NCBI RefSeq assembly: GCF_006345805.1
Contig: NC_043003.1
Span: 10,168,001-10,232,000, forward strand
Reading direction: 5' to 3'
Length of the DNA stretch: 64,000 bases
Source: Octopus sinensis
Taxonomy: Eukaryota
Shown in pieces: positions 12,546 to 24,802 of the stretch; the first letter of the stretch is position 1, and every line of letters begins with the position of its first letter. The notes under the pieces were generated by a model that saw only the letters and a program-made list of their open reading frames with translations, ran no database searches and had not been told where the DNA came from. The translations under genes and the position numbers were made by a program.

Positions 12546-12642
12546 AAGATAAACAATAAAGACAACCGAAAAAGAGAAGATGGCTACATTTGAAATACCT
12601 TTCATTGATCTAATCAATCGGGATTGTCTCCGAGCTAAACAA

Positions 12643-12678
<36 letters not shown>

Positions 12679-13028
12679 CTCAGCGATGCCACGCCAGTAT
12701 TTGGTTACATCAATGCAGAATTTTACGAGAGAAAAGGAAGAAGCAATAAAAAAGCATCGAAGTAATTTGAATAAGAAGTCAACAAGTTCTAAACCTCTAA
12801 ACTAGGATGTTACATCCATTATATCACAGCCGTAAACTGGAAACGATGTCTGTAGCGTCTAGGTCAAATATAGTAATATTTTTCATAGGTTAGATATGTA
12901 ATACGCGTGTGCCCGTGTAAGTGTATGCATGTGTATGCGTGTCTGTGCATGTGTCTGTGTATATATATATATATAATATATACAAATATATATATGTGTG
13001 TGTGTGAATATATATATATATATATATG

Positions 13029-13064
<36 letters not shown>

Positions 13065-13182
13065 CATATATATATTTACATATATATATATATGTGTGTG
13101 TGTGTATGTCTGTGTGTGTGTGTGTGTGTAAATATATATATTTACATATGTATATATATTTATATGTGTGTATGTGTATGTA

Positions 13183-13247
<65 letters not shown>

Positions 13248-13904
13248 GTCGGTGCTTGTAGATGTGCATATGTGTGGATGTATGTATGAGTGTGTTTATG
13301 CAAGTGTGTGCATGTGTCTGTGTGTCAGTGTGTCTGCGTGCTATTGTATGTGTAATTGTATATAATTATCAAGTGGGTCTGCGTGCGAGAGACTATATTT
13401 ATGATATTGTGAGCACAGAGATATATAATGTAACTTGTTCACTTTCAACACACACATACACACACACACACAAACATATACAAAGAATATATATATATAT
13501 ATAAGCTAACTAGAAATGGAGACAAGGTCCAGGCGGCAGAGAATAATGCCTGTCGTTATGTTGTTACGCTTACATAAGCCTATAGAATTACGAGACTGAA
13601 ATTTTAATAGGAGGCAATCATGCAACATAACGAGAGGCAAGAAGAAGAGAGCAACACCTAATAGGTTTTTGTCCAGTAAAAATGCAATTAGAAATTCCAT
13701 ACAAAATACTCATTGAGTGTCGACATTGTGGTTAGGCGCTATCAGAGCCGAGTGTAAAGAAACTCATTTTACAAACACGTGATTTGGCGTTCAATTCTAT
13801 GTTGGAAGTGTATCGGCTGGCATAACTCCAGGTTGACTATTGCCGTGTAAGTGAATACAGTGGTCTCAAAAATTGTGTAGAAGCTCGTTATGTGTATATA
13901 TATA

Positions 13905-15035
13905 TATATTATATTAAATTAGAGATAAAACCACTATTAGGCAAATCAAACAGTGAAAAACATAAGCCAATACATAAAATTAATTTAAAAATATAAAAGT
14001 TAAAATTTTAAAATTATTTAAATAATTTAAACTTATAAATTTTATATATATACATACACATACATATATATATATGTATGTATATTTTTATATTTATATA
14101 TTATTTTATTTATTAATTAATTAATTAATTTATTTATTTATTTTTAATTATATAAATATCAAGAGTATTAAAAGTTTAATAAAAGATAAAGAGTAAAACA
14201 CTACGATCGTTTCATGGCTGTACCAATTCGAATAATAATAATTTAAATTCAATTAATAATTCGAATTATGGTTACAGTCAATCTTCAGGTTAATTGAAAT
14301 ATTTTAAAAAATAATCAGAAATATTTAAACAATATTTTTAAGATATAAATAATATAATAATTTTACTTATAATAAACTCTATTATCAAACTAGAAACTTA
14401 AAACTTAACGATTATGATTATATCAAAATCGATTATAATGTTAAATATTAATTTTAATTTTTAAAGTAAGAAACCCACCAATAATCTAATATCGGTAATA
14501 GTCTATATCTAATTACATAAATATTTATTTTTTAAAAAATGAAAAAAAATGACTATTATTAATAAATTATCAATGAAAATATGTAAATGTATATAAATAT
14601 TATAATTAAGAACTAAAATATTCTCTATAAATAGATATATATGCACATATAATAAAGACCTAATAAATTAATTTTTCCTATTTAAAGATAAAATAGCTAA
14701 TTTCAAAAATACAAACAAACAAACTTAAACGAACTTTCGGAAATCTTATATTTAAAATACTTATAGAAATAATCATTTCGTTGTTATATAGTATTGAATA
14801 AATACTATAAATACTATAAATATATTTATCAATGGGAATAAAACTAGCAAATATCAATTTAAAAAGACAATAACTTAGTTATGCTATTAAGTTAGACATG
14901 GCCTGGACCAATCTTTGGTCGAAACATATCTAAGTTTATCTAAGTTTATCTAATTTTAATTATAAGAAGTTTAAAACTACAATTAATGCTATTACTACAT
15001 GTATAAACATAAACCTAAATTTAGACAACTCGTAT
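13905..15035 (-). mobile_element. Very AT-rich element carrying a hammerhead-like motif, probably a Penelope-like retroelement remnant
   Basis: About 85% AT, starts at an (AT)n tract and contains CTGAAGA...GAAACGATCGTA on the minus strand. The Penelope assignment is inference from the known PLE-hammerhead association. Confidence 0.45.
14195..14295 (-). ncRNA. Minimal type-I hammerhead ribozyme-like motif (degenerate stem I)
   Basis: Minus strand: CTGAAGA, long stem II (ACTGTAACC...GGTACAG plus internal AATTCGAAT pairs), GAAAC-GATC-GTA (palindromic stem III ACGATCGT, GUA cleavage triplet). Confidence 0.65.
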
Positions 15036-15199
15036 AAAAAGACAAGACCCGTCAATGGGCCGAAGAGCTCAGAAGAGTCAACGGCCATCCAATAAATTAT
15101 GTAAAGTTGTGTGGGTCTATTTTGTGTTGTGTGTGTGTGTGTGTGTATGTGTGTGTATTCTTGTGTGTATTTTTGTTTATGAATTATTCTGAATAATTT

Positions 15200-15242
<43 letters not shown>

Positions 15243-15243
15243 C

Positions 15244-15276
<33 letters not shown>

Positions 15277-15450
15277 TATTCAGAAAAATTCATAAACAAA
15301 AATACACACAAGAATACACACACATACACACACACACGCTCACACACATACACACAACACAAAATAGACCCACACAACTTTACACAATTAATTGGATGGC
15401 CGTTGACTCTTCTGAGTTCTTCGGCCCATTGACGGGTCTTGTCTTTTTAT
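15034..15450. repeat. Long palindrome: ~170-bp arms (15034-15200 / 15272-15450) around an (AT)n spacer
   Basis: ATAAAAAGACAAGACCCGTCAATGGGCCGAAG...GAATAATTTC is mirrored by GAAATTATTC...CTTCGGCCCATTGACGGGTCTTGTCTTTTTAT. Confidence 0.95.
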
Positions 15451-15510
15451 CCCGCAGAGTGTCCAAGAGTCACCCTCCTCACCAAGTAATCTTGGTGGAA
15501 TTTCCAGTTT

Positions 15511-15545
<35 letters not shown>

Positions 15546-15646
15546 CACATACATACATGCATACATACATACATATACATAGACACACATAATATTTATA
15601 TGTATATATATATTTATATATATATACACGTATGTGTATGTGTGTA

Positions 15647-15766
<120 letters not shown>

Positions 15767-16764
15767 GTACCAGCCTTAAATAGCATTACTGTGTCGATTT
15801 GTTCGACTAAACTCTTCAAGGCTGAGCCCCAGCATGGACGCAATCCAGTAAATGAAACAAATAAAATTATAGATGTCGGTTCTTCGCTCGATTTCTCTGT
15901 GTGCCACTTTTGGAAACTATCTCCTGTGTATCTATCCACCTATCTGTTTTTCTATCTACCTATCTGATACTCTATATGTCTGTGCAGGAGTCTGAGTGTG
16001 TATGTGTGTTTATGTATGTGTGTCTGTCTATCTGTGTCTGTGACTGTCTCACGTATAATTTACATAGTTATTTTTCAATCTCTTTCAAAACATATTTGAA
16101 GATATTGGTGTGTGCTACCTTACAACTTGTAAAAGAGCAACTTGTAAGTTATTCAATCCCAAACGATTTGATTATAATCACACATAATTATATCATTAAT
16201 AAAAGACTGCTCGTTTAGTGATAAAAGATTTTATCGTTAAAAAAATCCATTGACATCCACCATGTTAGGCTTTACAATAAATGTTGCCAAAATTGTTATT
16301 TTTATTATCTCTTCGCTGGAAAGGTCAGTCATTTACAAATGAGTTAACAGAAGCAACGTGAAATAAAAAGTTTTTCTGAGGAACACAACGCACTGCCCGG
16401 TACAGTAATCGAAACCGATGGAAATCCTCACTGAAAATCTTCATGGAGAACCAAAATTAATACATATGATAAAACATTAAAACCCGTATCTTCCTTCAAA
16501 TATGTTGGCATGGAAACAAATTTTTATGAAGGAATTGCAAAAAACAAATTTCAGTTGTCATGGATATCTTTTGGAAATTTACTCTTTTTCTTCATTGGTT
16601 TATATAGAATCTTGAATATCAACTTCTAAAAGATGCATTTTGAGTTCTTTGTTTTGGCTTCAAAACATGGGCGTTACATTCAAAGTTGTTTAATCATTTG
16701 GACTTGTGTCAGCAAAAATATCTTCGTCTAAGTTTGTATGTAAATTTTAGAGACTGTGTAAGCG

Positions 16765-17273
16765 ATGTCGAGGCACAAAAATTTTCATGCAATCTTAAAG
16801 TCTGAAGTTAGCCGACTGGCTTCTTCATATAGAAAAAAGGATAACCGAAATGTCCACCATATGGAAAAGAATATAATTGGGCAACTGCCATTCAAATCGA
16901 TGTTAAGATACAAGGACTACAATATTCCTTCGGTAAGGTGAGAAAAATGGAATAAATATAGCAACAGGACGACAAAATTATACTCAGCACATCAAGAAAA
17001 TTTGAAGAAAATCTCTTTAAGCAGACGAGTTTAACCGAGACCAATGGAAGAATTTCTCATATATACCAACAATACTTTCAATGCTCAACTAACAAACGAA
17101 TGTTCCTTTCAACGTGTTGTCTTGTTAGTCATACAAATGTAGATCCACCAAAATATGATAAAAGTAGATTACCACCACCACCTAAACATGTCTGCCAGTG
17201 TTGCTATAACGAGGCACATGGACAAATGTCTCCATGTAATACTAATTATTATGATTCACGTGAGAAGCGATGA
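16765..17273 (+). CDS. Candidate two-segment coding region of unknown product (16765-16932 + 16968-17273)
   Basis: ATG-initiated 56 open codons end at TCG|GTAAGG. After 35 nt ending in CAACAG, 101 open codons follow in compatible phase to TGA TGA. No homology recognised, and the intron would be unusually short. Confidence 0.3.
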
Positions 17274-17317
17274 TGAAAACATGGATGTCAGAGATGTCTG
17301 CATTCCATAAAACTATA

Positions 17318-17722
17318 TACTCTTTTACTTGTTTCAGTCATTTGACTGCGGCCATGCTGGAGCACCACCTTTAGTCGAGCAAATCGACCCCGGGACTTAT
17401 TCTTTGTAAGCCCAGTACATATTCTATCGGTCTCTTTTTGCCGAACCGCTAAGTGACAGGGACGTAAACACACCAGCATCGTTTGTCAAGCGATGGTTGG
17501 GGGACAAACAAAGACACACAAACATATACACACACATACATACATATATATATATATATACGACAGGCTTATTTCAGTTTCCGTCTACCAAATCCACTCA
17601 CAAGGCATTGGTCGGCCCGAGGCTATAGCAGAAGACACTTGCCCAAGATGCCACGCAGTGGGACTGAACCCGGAACCATGTGGTTGGTAAGCAAGCTACT
17701 TACCGCACAGCCACTCCTGCGC
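17318..17722 (-). mobile_element. Full-length SINE family A
   Basis: Near-consensus reverse complement of 3104-3521. Confidence 0.9.
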
Positions 17723-17769
17723 CTATATACGTCAATGCTATCGCAAACCAGTACTTGTACCAAATTTTA

Positions 17770-18228
17770 GCATACTAGAATGGGCAGTTGAAGAAATCCG
17801 TAACCTGCACATCAAGACTAGAAAGAGACAAACCCAAGCGAAGTTGAAAAACCTGAAAAAAGAACAGAAATTATCTGACAAGTGAAAGCGTTGCATGGTA
17901 GATTCCCAAAGATAGTTGCAGCAATTAGTACTTGTGAGACATGGCTATGGTTGCTGAAAGGAAAGCTGAAAAGAGAGACATCAGTTCTCGATGGACTTGC
18001 TGGAGGATTAAATGTTAAGACGAAACAAGCTAAGAAAATCAAGCAAAAATATATAATCAAAGATTTTAAAAACATCCCTCCAACAAAGGGACAATCGAAA
18101 CAACGAATACAGTTGAAAGGCCAACAGCTTAGAAGGTATGACAAGAGAATAAAATGTTATCGACAAAACAAGATACAAGGAAATTTTATATGGAAATAGG
18201 CAAAAAAAAGCCTCTTGTTGAGTGTGTA
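17770..18228 (+). mobile_element. Rearranged, internally deleted R4/Dong-like retrotransposon derivative
   Basis: Translates to pieces resembling the 61820-64000 element: EWAVEEIRNLHIKTRK (cf. NWTRNELTKIDRKTRK), KALHGRF (cf. KPLHGKY), KQRIQLKGQQLRRYDKRIKCYRQNK (cf. KQDILAKAQRIRRYKKRQRFFEENK). Ends TGTTGAGTGTGTATG followed by (AAT)n. Confidence 0.7.
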
Positions 18229-18251
18229 TGAATAATAATAATAATAATAAT

Positions 18252-18310
<59 letters not shown>

Positions 18311-18363
18311 CGACGACGACGACGTCGACGACGATGACAATGATGATGATGATGATGATGATG

Positions 18364-18410
<47 letters not shown>
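18229..18410. repeat. Compound (AAT)n(AAC)n(GAC)n(GAT)n(AAT)n microsatellite
   Basis: Directly visible; source of the poly-N/D/L/S ORFs. Confidence 0.95.
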
Positions 18411-18414
<4 letters not shown>

Positions 18415-18417
18415 TAG

Positions 18418-18973
18418 ATGCCCTGATGCAGTACCAGGCAGTGGCTCTCGTGGCTTCTGATCTTAAACTGATTGGAAGTGTTATCATGTACATTGTTTTG
18501 TCTTGGTATAAAAGATGAGCTACAGCATATATTCTGCTCAATACCACAGATTTGCTTGTTAGTTGTTTGACCATAACCAGTTGAGCATGTCCCTTAGTGG
18601 CTGATGATATGTGCATCTCTGATCACAAGCAGAAGTAGTGGGGGATCATCATAGCCATGTGTTGAGAGGCATTCTTTGGAGTTTGAAAATTCACGTCTGG
18701 GAATATGGGTGCTTCGCTCAAGATTCTTAAACAACCCTTATTCAGGGACCTTTTGAGCGGGATGGGTTACTCGACAAGAAGAAAATTCTAACTGGGCCCC
18801 ATCTGCAAGGTCATGCGCTGTTTATCTTGATATGAGATCACCATGTCGCGCACATATGGTTGTGATACATGTGCCTAGTGTACCCTTATCAGACAGGTAG
18901 TCATGATGGGTATATTGGGCTTCGTATATTTTACCCCAGTGTCACTTTGATGGCATGATCTGCTCTCTCACTC
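18418..18973 (+). mobile_element. ~555-bp non-coding element inserted in (AAT)n, copy 1
   Basis: ATGCCCTGATGCAGTACCAGG...TGCTCTCTCACTC with AAT repeats on both sides; a second copy with the same ends lies at 55295-55850. Confidence 0.85.
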
Positions 18974-18994
18974 AATAATAAAAATAATAATAAT

Positions 18995-19091
18995 AATAAT
19001 GATAGCGGGGTTCTTGGCATCTAAGGCTACTTGTTGTAGCCCGATGTTAGGATTCTTTTCTTTTCCAACAGTCTAATCTGTTGAGTGTGTA

Positions 19092-19095
<4 letters not shown>
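18995..19095 (+). mobile_element. Short 3' end of an (AAT)n-tailed retroelement
   Basis: Ends in TGTTGAGTGTGTATG+(AAT)n, the same terminus as the R4/Dong-like derivative at about 18215-18229. Confidence 0.6.
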
Positions 19096-19151
<56 letters not shown>

Positions 19152-19249
19152 GCAACAATAATAATAATAATAACAACAACAACAACAATAATAATAATAG
19201 CAACAACAACAGTAATTATAATAAATAATAATAATAATATAATAATAAG

Positions 19250-19289
<40 letters not shown>

Positions 19290-19314
19290 TGAACGAACTA
19301 TTGAGTTTAGTTTA

Positions 19315-19430
19315 ATGGCCTACCAATGTATACTATGAGTTTCTTTGCCCTAGGAGTCGGGAAGACACTCGGCAAGAAATGGAAGCAAATTTGAAAGAAG
19401 AAAAAAAAAGTAATAATAATAATAATAATA
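19315..19430 (+). mobile_element. Probable 3' end of another (AAT)n-tailed element
   Basis: Unique GC-richer segment GGCCTACC...GGAGTCGGGAAGACACTCGGCAAGAAATGG...AAAAAAAAAG followed directly by (TAA)n, downstream of another AAT tract. Confidence 0.4.
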
Positions 19431-20044
19431 AATTTTATATTTTGCATATCTAAACGTGTCTGTCTGTGTTTATGAATAGACATTTGCACATAATTCAGAA
19501 AACGGTATGCATTAGAGCAGCCAATAAAAGATACGAGACCAAACATTACGACTAAAATCATAACTGATTTAGCCATTTGACTATTATACAAAAGAGAAGT
19601 TTTAAAGACTGAATATGCCATAATATTATAATTTCCTTCATACGTCAGCTATAAATTTCAATGAAAAGCATATTAGAAACATTCAGCAGTATATGTATTG
19701 TATTGATATGATGTATATTGATTTTCTATCCAATGAAAATTGTAATCCTCTAAAATTTTAGAATTTATATGAAACAATGAATAAATGTATGTGTTCATTA
19801 GAATATTTATTTATTCAAGATATACAGAATTTCACATTTAGAATAACAATGGCGTTATTTACATGTAAAAGTTAAGATTTACGTGATGTACAAACTACAA
19901 AAAGAAGGAAAGTTTACGTATTGGATATGAAAATATTGCGAAAAACAGCAAACATTTGAGCCAAACGAAGAATTATGGTCCATTTCTATAGAGATATGGA
20001 GGATTAGATAAATAAACAGTGTATTTGCTAATAGTTATCATATA

Positions 20045-20566
20045 CAGGGTTATTCAAAAAGAATGAAGCGATTTCATTACGTAATATTTTAATATGGAAA
20101 CGGAATAGAAAACTCCAGCTAAGTCACAAGTATTTACTCACAATCAACTTTTATTTCCTGTCTTACAAGTGTTCAGTACAGCACGGGCAACATCAATGCG
20201 ATAAGGGAACTCCTCCCAGACGCGTATCAGCATATCAAAAAGCAAGTGCATTATGGAACTAAAGAGTAAATTTGCTTTGGTTTGAGACGATTCCAGAAGA
20301 TATTCACATACAAGGGAAATGGAAACACTTTGATAAAGCATTCAATCTGACAGCCAAATAAGTAGTTAGTAGGTGGCCATATGCTGATACCTGCCTGGGA
20401 GGAATTCTCTTATCGCATTGATGTTGCCAATGCTGCAGGTGGTAGCCACATTGAACAATTGTAAGTCAAGAAATAAAAGTTGGTTCTGAGAGCTGGAGCT
20501 CTCTATTGTTTTTCCTTATTAAAATATTGCGTACTGAAATCGGTTCACTCTTTTTGAATAACTCTG
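20045..20566. mobile_element. Tc1-like MITE with ~200-bp inverted arms and TA target duplication
   Basis: TA-CAGGGTTATTCAAAAAGA ... TCTTTTTGAATAACTCTG-TA. Both arms encode a Tc1-type transposase C-terminus (VWEEFPYRIDV / AWEEFSYRIDVANAAGGSHIEQL*). Confidence 0.85.
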
Positions 20567-20630
20567 TATAATGTGACAAATAATATATTCCCGTGATTCA
20601 TAATGATCGACATTGAATATGGAATATTAT

Positions 20631-20682
<52 letters not shown>

Positions 20683-20888
20683 ATATATGCATACATATAT
20701 ATACCTTGTTATTCCAGAAAACGTTAAATTTTTTTGGGGGCGGGGGGACAGTGAATATCGAAGTACATACGGCTATAGATAATCGTATGTAAATATTGGG
20801 TTTAAAACCATTTTAAATCGAAAAATTCGAATGGTGCCTTCGAGTTTTTTTCTAACCAGAATATTTTTTCAACGCAATATTTACATGT

Positions 20889-21002
<114 letters not shown>

Positions 21003-21177
21003 GGACCTGTCTCAAGGTTGGTTCCGAGTATAGTGTAGGTATAAAAGAACAAAACGTGCTTTGTGTGTGTATAGCGCATTCTTGTCAGACAATAAATGTG
21101 TTCTGCTATATGTTTTTGTGAAAGCCTGTGTCCCTTGGCTACAGCGGTTAGCTTGAGTAACTGTCGTGCTGGTGACA

Positions 21178-21400
21178 GGCATTCTTTTCTTTTCTACTCT
21201 AGGCACACTGCCCGAAATTTTGGGGTAGGGGCCCAGTCGATTAGATCGGACCCAGTACGCAACTGCTACTTAATTTATCGACCCCGAAAGGATGAAAAGC
21301 AAAGTCGACCTCGGCGGAATTTGAACTCAGGACGTAAATGTAGACGAAATAACACTAAGCACTTTGCCCGGCGTGTTAACGTTTCTGCAAGCTCCCCGCC
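21178..21400 (-). mobile_element. SINE family B
   Basis: Reverse complement of the family B body and head. Confidence 0.85.
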
Positions 21401-21681
21401 TTTTGGTGAGAGGTACTGTGCCAGTTCTCTTATCTCCAGACAACAGCCTCATCATTTTCCTGAATGGATTGTCAACTTTGAATAATTCTTGAGTCTCGAG
21501 ATCATCTCCTTCGTCACTGGTGGTGCTGGTCTTTATTGTCGTTTGTTATCTACGGTACCCTTATCCGAGAGTCGGAGATAATTTTAATAAATCATCAATT
21601 TATATTATATGGCATTTGATAAACCCGACTTTGTCTATGTCACAGAAAAATATACAGTGAGTTACAAGGCAGTAGCAATAG

Positions 21682-22062
21682 TGGAGGCGCAATGGCCCAG
21701 TGGTTAGGGCAGCGGACTCGCGGTCATAGGATCGCGGTTTCGATTCCCAGACCGTGCGTTGTGAGTGTTTATTGAGCGAAAACACCTAAAGCTCCACGAG
21801 ACTCCGGCAGGGATGGTGGTGATCCCTGCTGTACTCTTTCACTACAACTTTCTCTCACTCTTACTTCCTGTTTCTGTTGTACCTGTATTTCAAAGGGCCA
21901 GCCTTGTCACTCTTTGTGTCACGCTGAATATCCCCTAGAACTACGTTAAGGGTACGCGGGTCTGTGGAGTGCTCAGCCACTTACACGTTAATTTCACGAG
22001 CAGGGTGTTCCGTTGATTCGGATCAACCGGAACCCTCGTCGTCGTAACCGACGGAGTGCTTC
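21682..22062 (+). mobile_element. Full-length tRNA-derived SINE family C
   Basis: TGGAGGCGCAATGGCCCAGTGGTTAGG (A box), GGTTTCGATTCC (B box), CTTCCA end; 12-bp TSD CAGTAGCAATAG at 21670-21681 and 22063-22074. Confidence 0.92.
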
Positions 22063-23309
22063 CAGTAGCAATAGAAGTACATGTAGAAGGAGGAATAGAG
22101 GGAGGAGGAGGAAGAGGAGCAGGGGAGGACTTGATTCTATTTCTTGAAGATTATTGTCCTCTTCTTTGTGTTTTCCCTTTCGCAACAGAGATTACCTAGC
22201 ATGCAATATTATTTCGACATCGTTGCCATCGATCATTTTTGTTTTGTCTTTGTAAGAATAATGCTGGAGATTGATGGGCAGAACTTGACGATATCGGATT
22301 TACTGAACTTGCATCGAGTTTTGTTATAGACCCAGTCAACTACGACATTACTGTTATTCCACAGCAATAAGCCGTATGTATGTATGTATGTATGTATGTA
22401 TGTATGTTATGTATGTTATGTATGCACGTACGCATGCATGTATGTATGGATGTATGCATATATGTATGTGTGTGTATGTATGTAAGTATGTATGTATGCG
22501 TATAAGTACTCATATATATATATATAGCATTATCATGTTGCATATATATATATACATATATATACATATTCTGCATGAGTATACACATGTTTATATATAT
22601 ATATACGTATATATATACGTAAAAACACATATATACATGCATATATATCTATGTATGTATATACTCACACAGAATATATATATATATATATATATATATA
22701 CAAATATATAGAGAGATAGATATAGATATATACATACATATATACATGCTTACATATCTATAGATGCATGTACATACTCACACAGAACATTTATATATGT
22801 ACATACATATATATATATATATATATATACACACAGACAATATGATACATGCTATCTTCATGATTAGACAAGAAAACAAGCCATAAAACTTCGTCAGACT
22901 TCACTAAACACAAATGTGTTTTGGCTTCCAAGGCCACAGGTTCAAAAATATTACGAACATAAAATCTGTTTATCTAGAAAATATTGTTTTTGTCTAAAGA
23001 TGTCTTCAATGCTGATTTCCTTCATCACTTCCTTTTCTTTCTTTCATACTTCAGCTCACCCTTCTTCCTTGATCCACCTTCTTTTTCACATCCCTCCTCT
23101 CACAGCTTTCTCTTTCTTCTCCTCTTCATTTTGCTCCTCAGATTGTCTGTCTCCTGTCCTCTAACTTCTCCCATTCTCCTTTTCTTTTGCTTTACCATGC
23201 TTTTGTCTTTCCACAACTACTTTACTACAATTGCTGCCCCTATTATCTATCTTTTAATCTATCTAACTATCTATCCGCCTGCCTGACGCTCTCTCTCTCT
23301 CTCTCTCTC

Positions 23310-23356
<47 letters not shown>

Positions 23357-23664
23357 ATATATCTGCCTATCTGTCTATTTATCTATCTATCTATGTCTAT
23401 CTATATCTATTTATTATCTATCTACCTGCCCGGCTGTCTGTATGTATGTCTACATATTTATCTATCGCTATTTTTATTAGCCAACTCCATTGATTCTGCT
23501 GCGTTTCTTATATTTCATAATCTTTTTGCTTTCATTTTGTATTTCCGATTCTTCCTTTCAGTAATAAACACCTCACACTTGTCCTTCTTTTACTTCGTCT
23601 TCATGATATTCATCTTCCTTTCTTTCCTTCTTCATGTCATCCACTTATTGCCACCTACTATCTA

Positions 23665-23707
<43 letters not shown>

Positions 23708-23836
23708 TTGTGTGTGTAAGGGTATGTATATTTGGTGTGTGACTGCATGTATCTTTGGTGTGTGTGTGTGTGTCTAATAACTATTAGTGACGGATGGGGT
23801 CTTCGTAACGAAGATTAATTTTCTCATCCAACTTAC

Positions 23837-23920
23837 CTTGTAAGGGGTCATTTTGGACGTTGTAGGGTGCGGAAATCGATCTGAGATATCATCCTTTGCA
23901 CATATTACATCTGCCATCAT
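23837..23920 (-). CDS. Candidate first coding exon segment MMADVICAKDDISDRFPHPTTSKMTPYK
   Basis: ATG-initiated open frame with an upstream in-frame stop, ending at AAG|GTAAGT (phase 0) in a unique GC-richer island. No homology recognised. Confidence 0.3.
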
Positions 23921-24004
23921 TATGTGTCATCGCTGATTGTTTAGCCATTATTAAACAATACTAGTTTGACAGATTTGTGATGTAGCATTTCGTGATAGGC
24001 TGTC

Positions 24005-24050
24005 TGTTGCTGACGAAGTGCAAATTACCCTGAAATCAGGTGATGCAACA
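24005..24050 (+). ncRNA. Decayed minimal hammerhead ribozyme-like motif
   Basis: TGTTG-CTGACGA-AGTG caaatta CCCT-GAAA-TCA gg TGA-T-G-CAACA. Stem I TGTTG/CAACA is intact; there is one mismatch in stem II, an imperfect stem III palindrome, and G at position 17, so it is predicted inactive. Confidence 0.55.
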
Positions 24051-24764
24051 ATCATATCCGCTCCGTCGATGCTGACAGTACTTCGCCTAACTTCATTGTT
24101 GTCTGCAGTGTCGTCTCATTTAAAACGAATCGATCAATGTTCATAATGTACGTGTAAACAACCTCTGAAATCGATACGGCCATTTATATGAAAACTAGAA
24201 ATGAATAACCAGTAGTGATACGCACATGCTCATCTTTGAACGAATGTAAGTACGTATGTGATGTTGAAATCCTATTATCCGTTGAAACTTCTCTTAAAAG
24301 TCCTGCGATTTGCGATAATTGACCCGAGTCTCCTCTCCAGCCCTCGTATTTGTAAAGATAATTTAGTTTCATCATTTTCAGTTTATTTTCTCTGCCTGTT
24401 AACCGCTTTGATCTTCCATAAATAGGGTGTTTCTCTGTCCATATTTGAATATTATGTCTTTGAAAGATTTGTATCAATTGCAGTATCACAAGAGCAGTCG
24501 TGGACAAACGGTGACCCGTGGAACTTGTTGAACAGCAAGTCTTATGGAATGTTATCTTGAAATGTTTCAACAGTGGGGTACATGGTCCACCTGCTGATGA
24601 GCTATCTTCGTGTCGTGGGCTCGCTTCTCGGAAACCCTATCTATAGACTATAGAGAATAGTAAATCGTTATACACAGATGAATAATCCCTTTAAGTCGAT
24701 CTGACAAATCTCGCCGTCATTTTAAAGTACACACACATACACACACACTTGTTTCTTTCTGTGT

Positions 24765-24802
24765 TCCTTTCTGTGGAAGAGCGTAGGCTCGAAACGTAAA
24801 AT
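24765..24802 (+). ncRNA. Minimal hammerhead-like motif with variant core (CUGUGGA)
   Basis: CCTTT-CTGTGGA-A-GAGC gtag GCTC-GAAAC-GTA-AAA, inside a ~150-bp element between (CA)n and (TA)n. Confidence 0.55.

Noticed and set aside
12580-12765. PolyQ ORF MATFEIPFIDL...QQQQ
   Set aside because: 61 aa centred on a (CAG)n microsatellite next to a SINE tail; no recognisable homology or convincing splice context.
21400-21570. Protein-like minus-strand frame TSTTSDEGDDLETQELFKVDNPFRK
   Set aside because: In-frame stop just upstream, no usable acceptor, and the frame runs into a SINE.
22260-22329. MLEIDGQNLTISDLLNL resembles the histidine ammonia-lyase N-terminus
   Set aside because: Only about 17 aa, followed by a stop, with no further HAL sequence; chance is likely.
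24184-24570. 128-aa non-repetitive minus-strand ORF
   Set aside because: No motif or splice support; length is within chance expectation for the window.
24594-24640. CTGATGA...GAAAC hammerhead-like spacing
   Set aside because: No stem I, II or III pairing.
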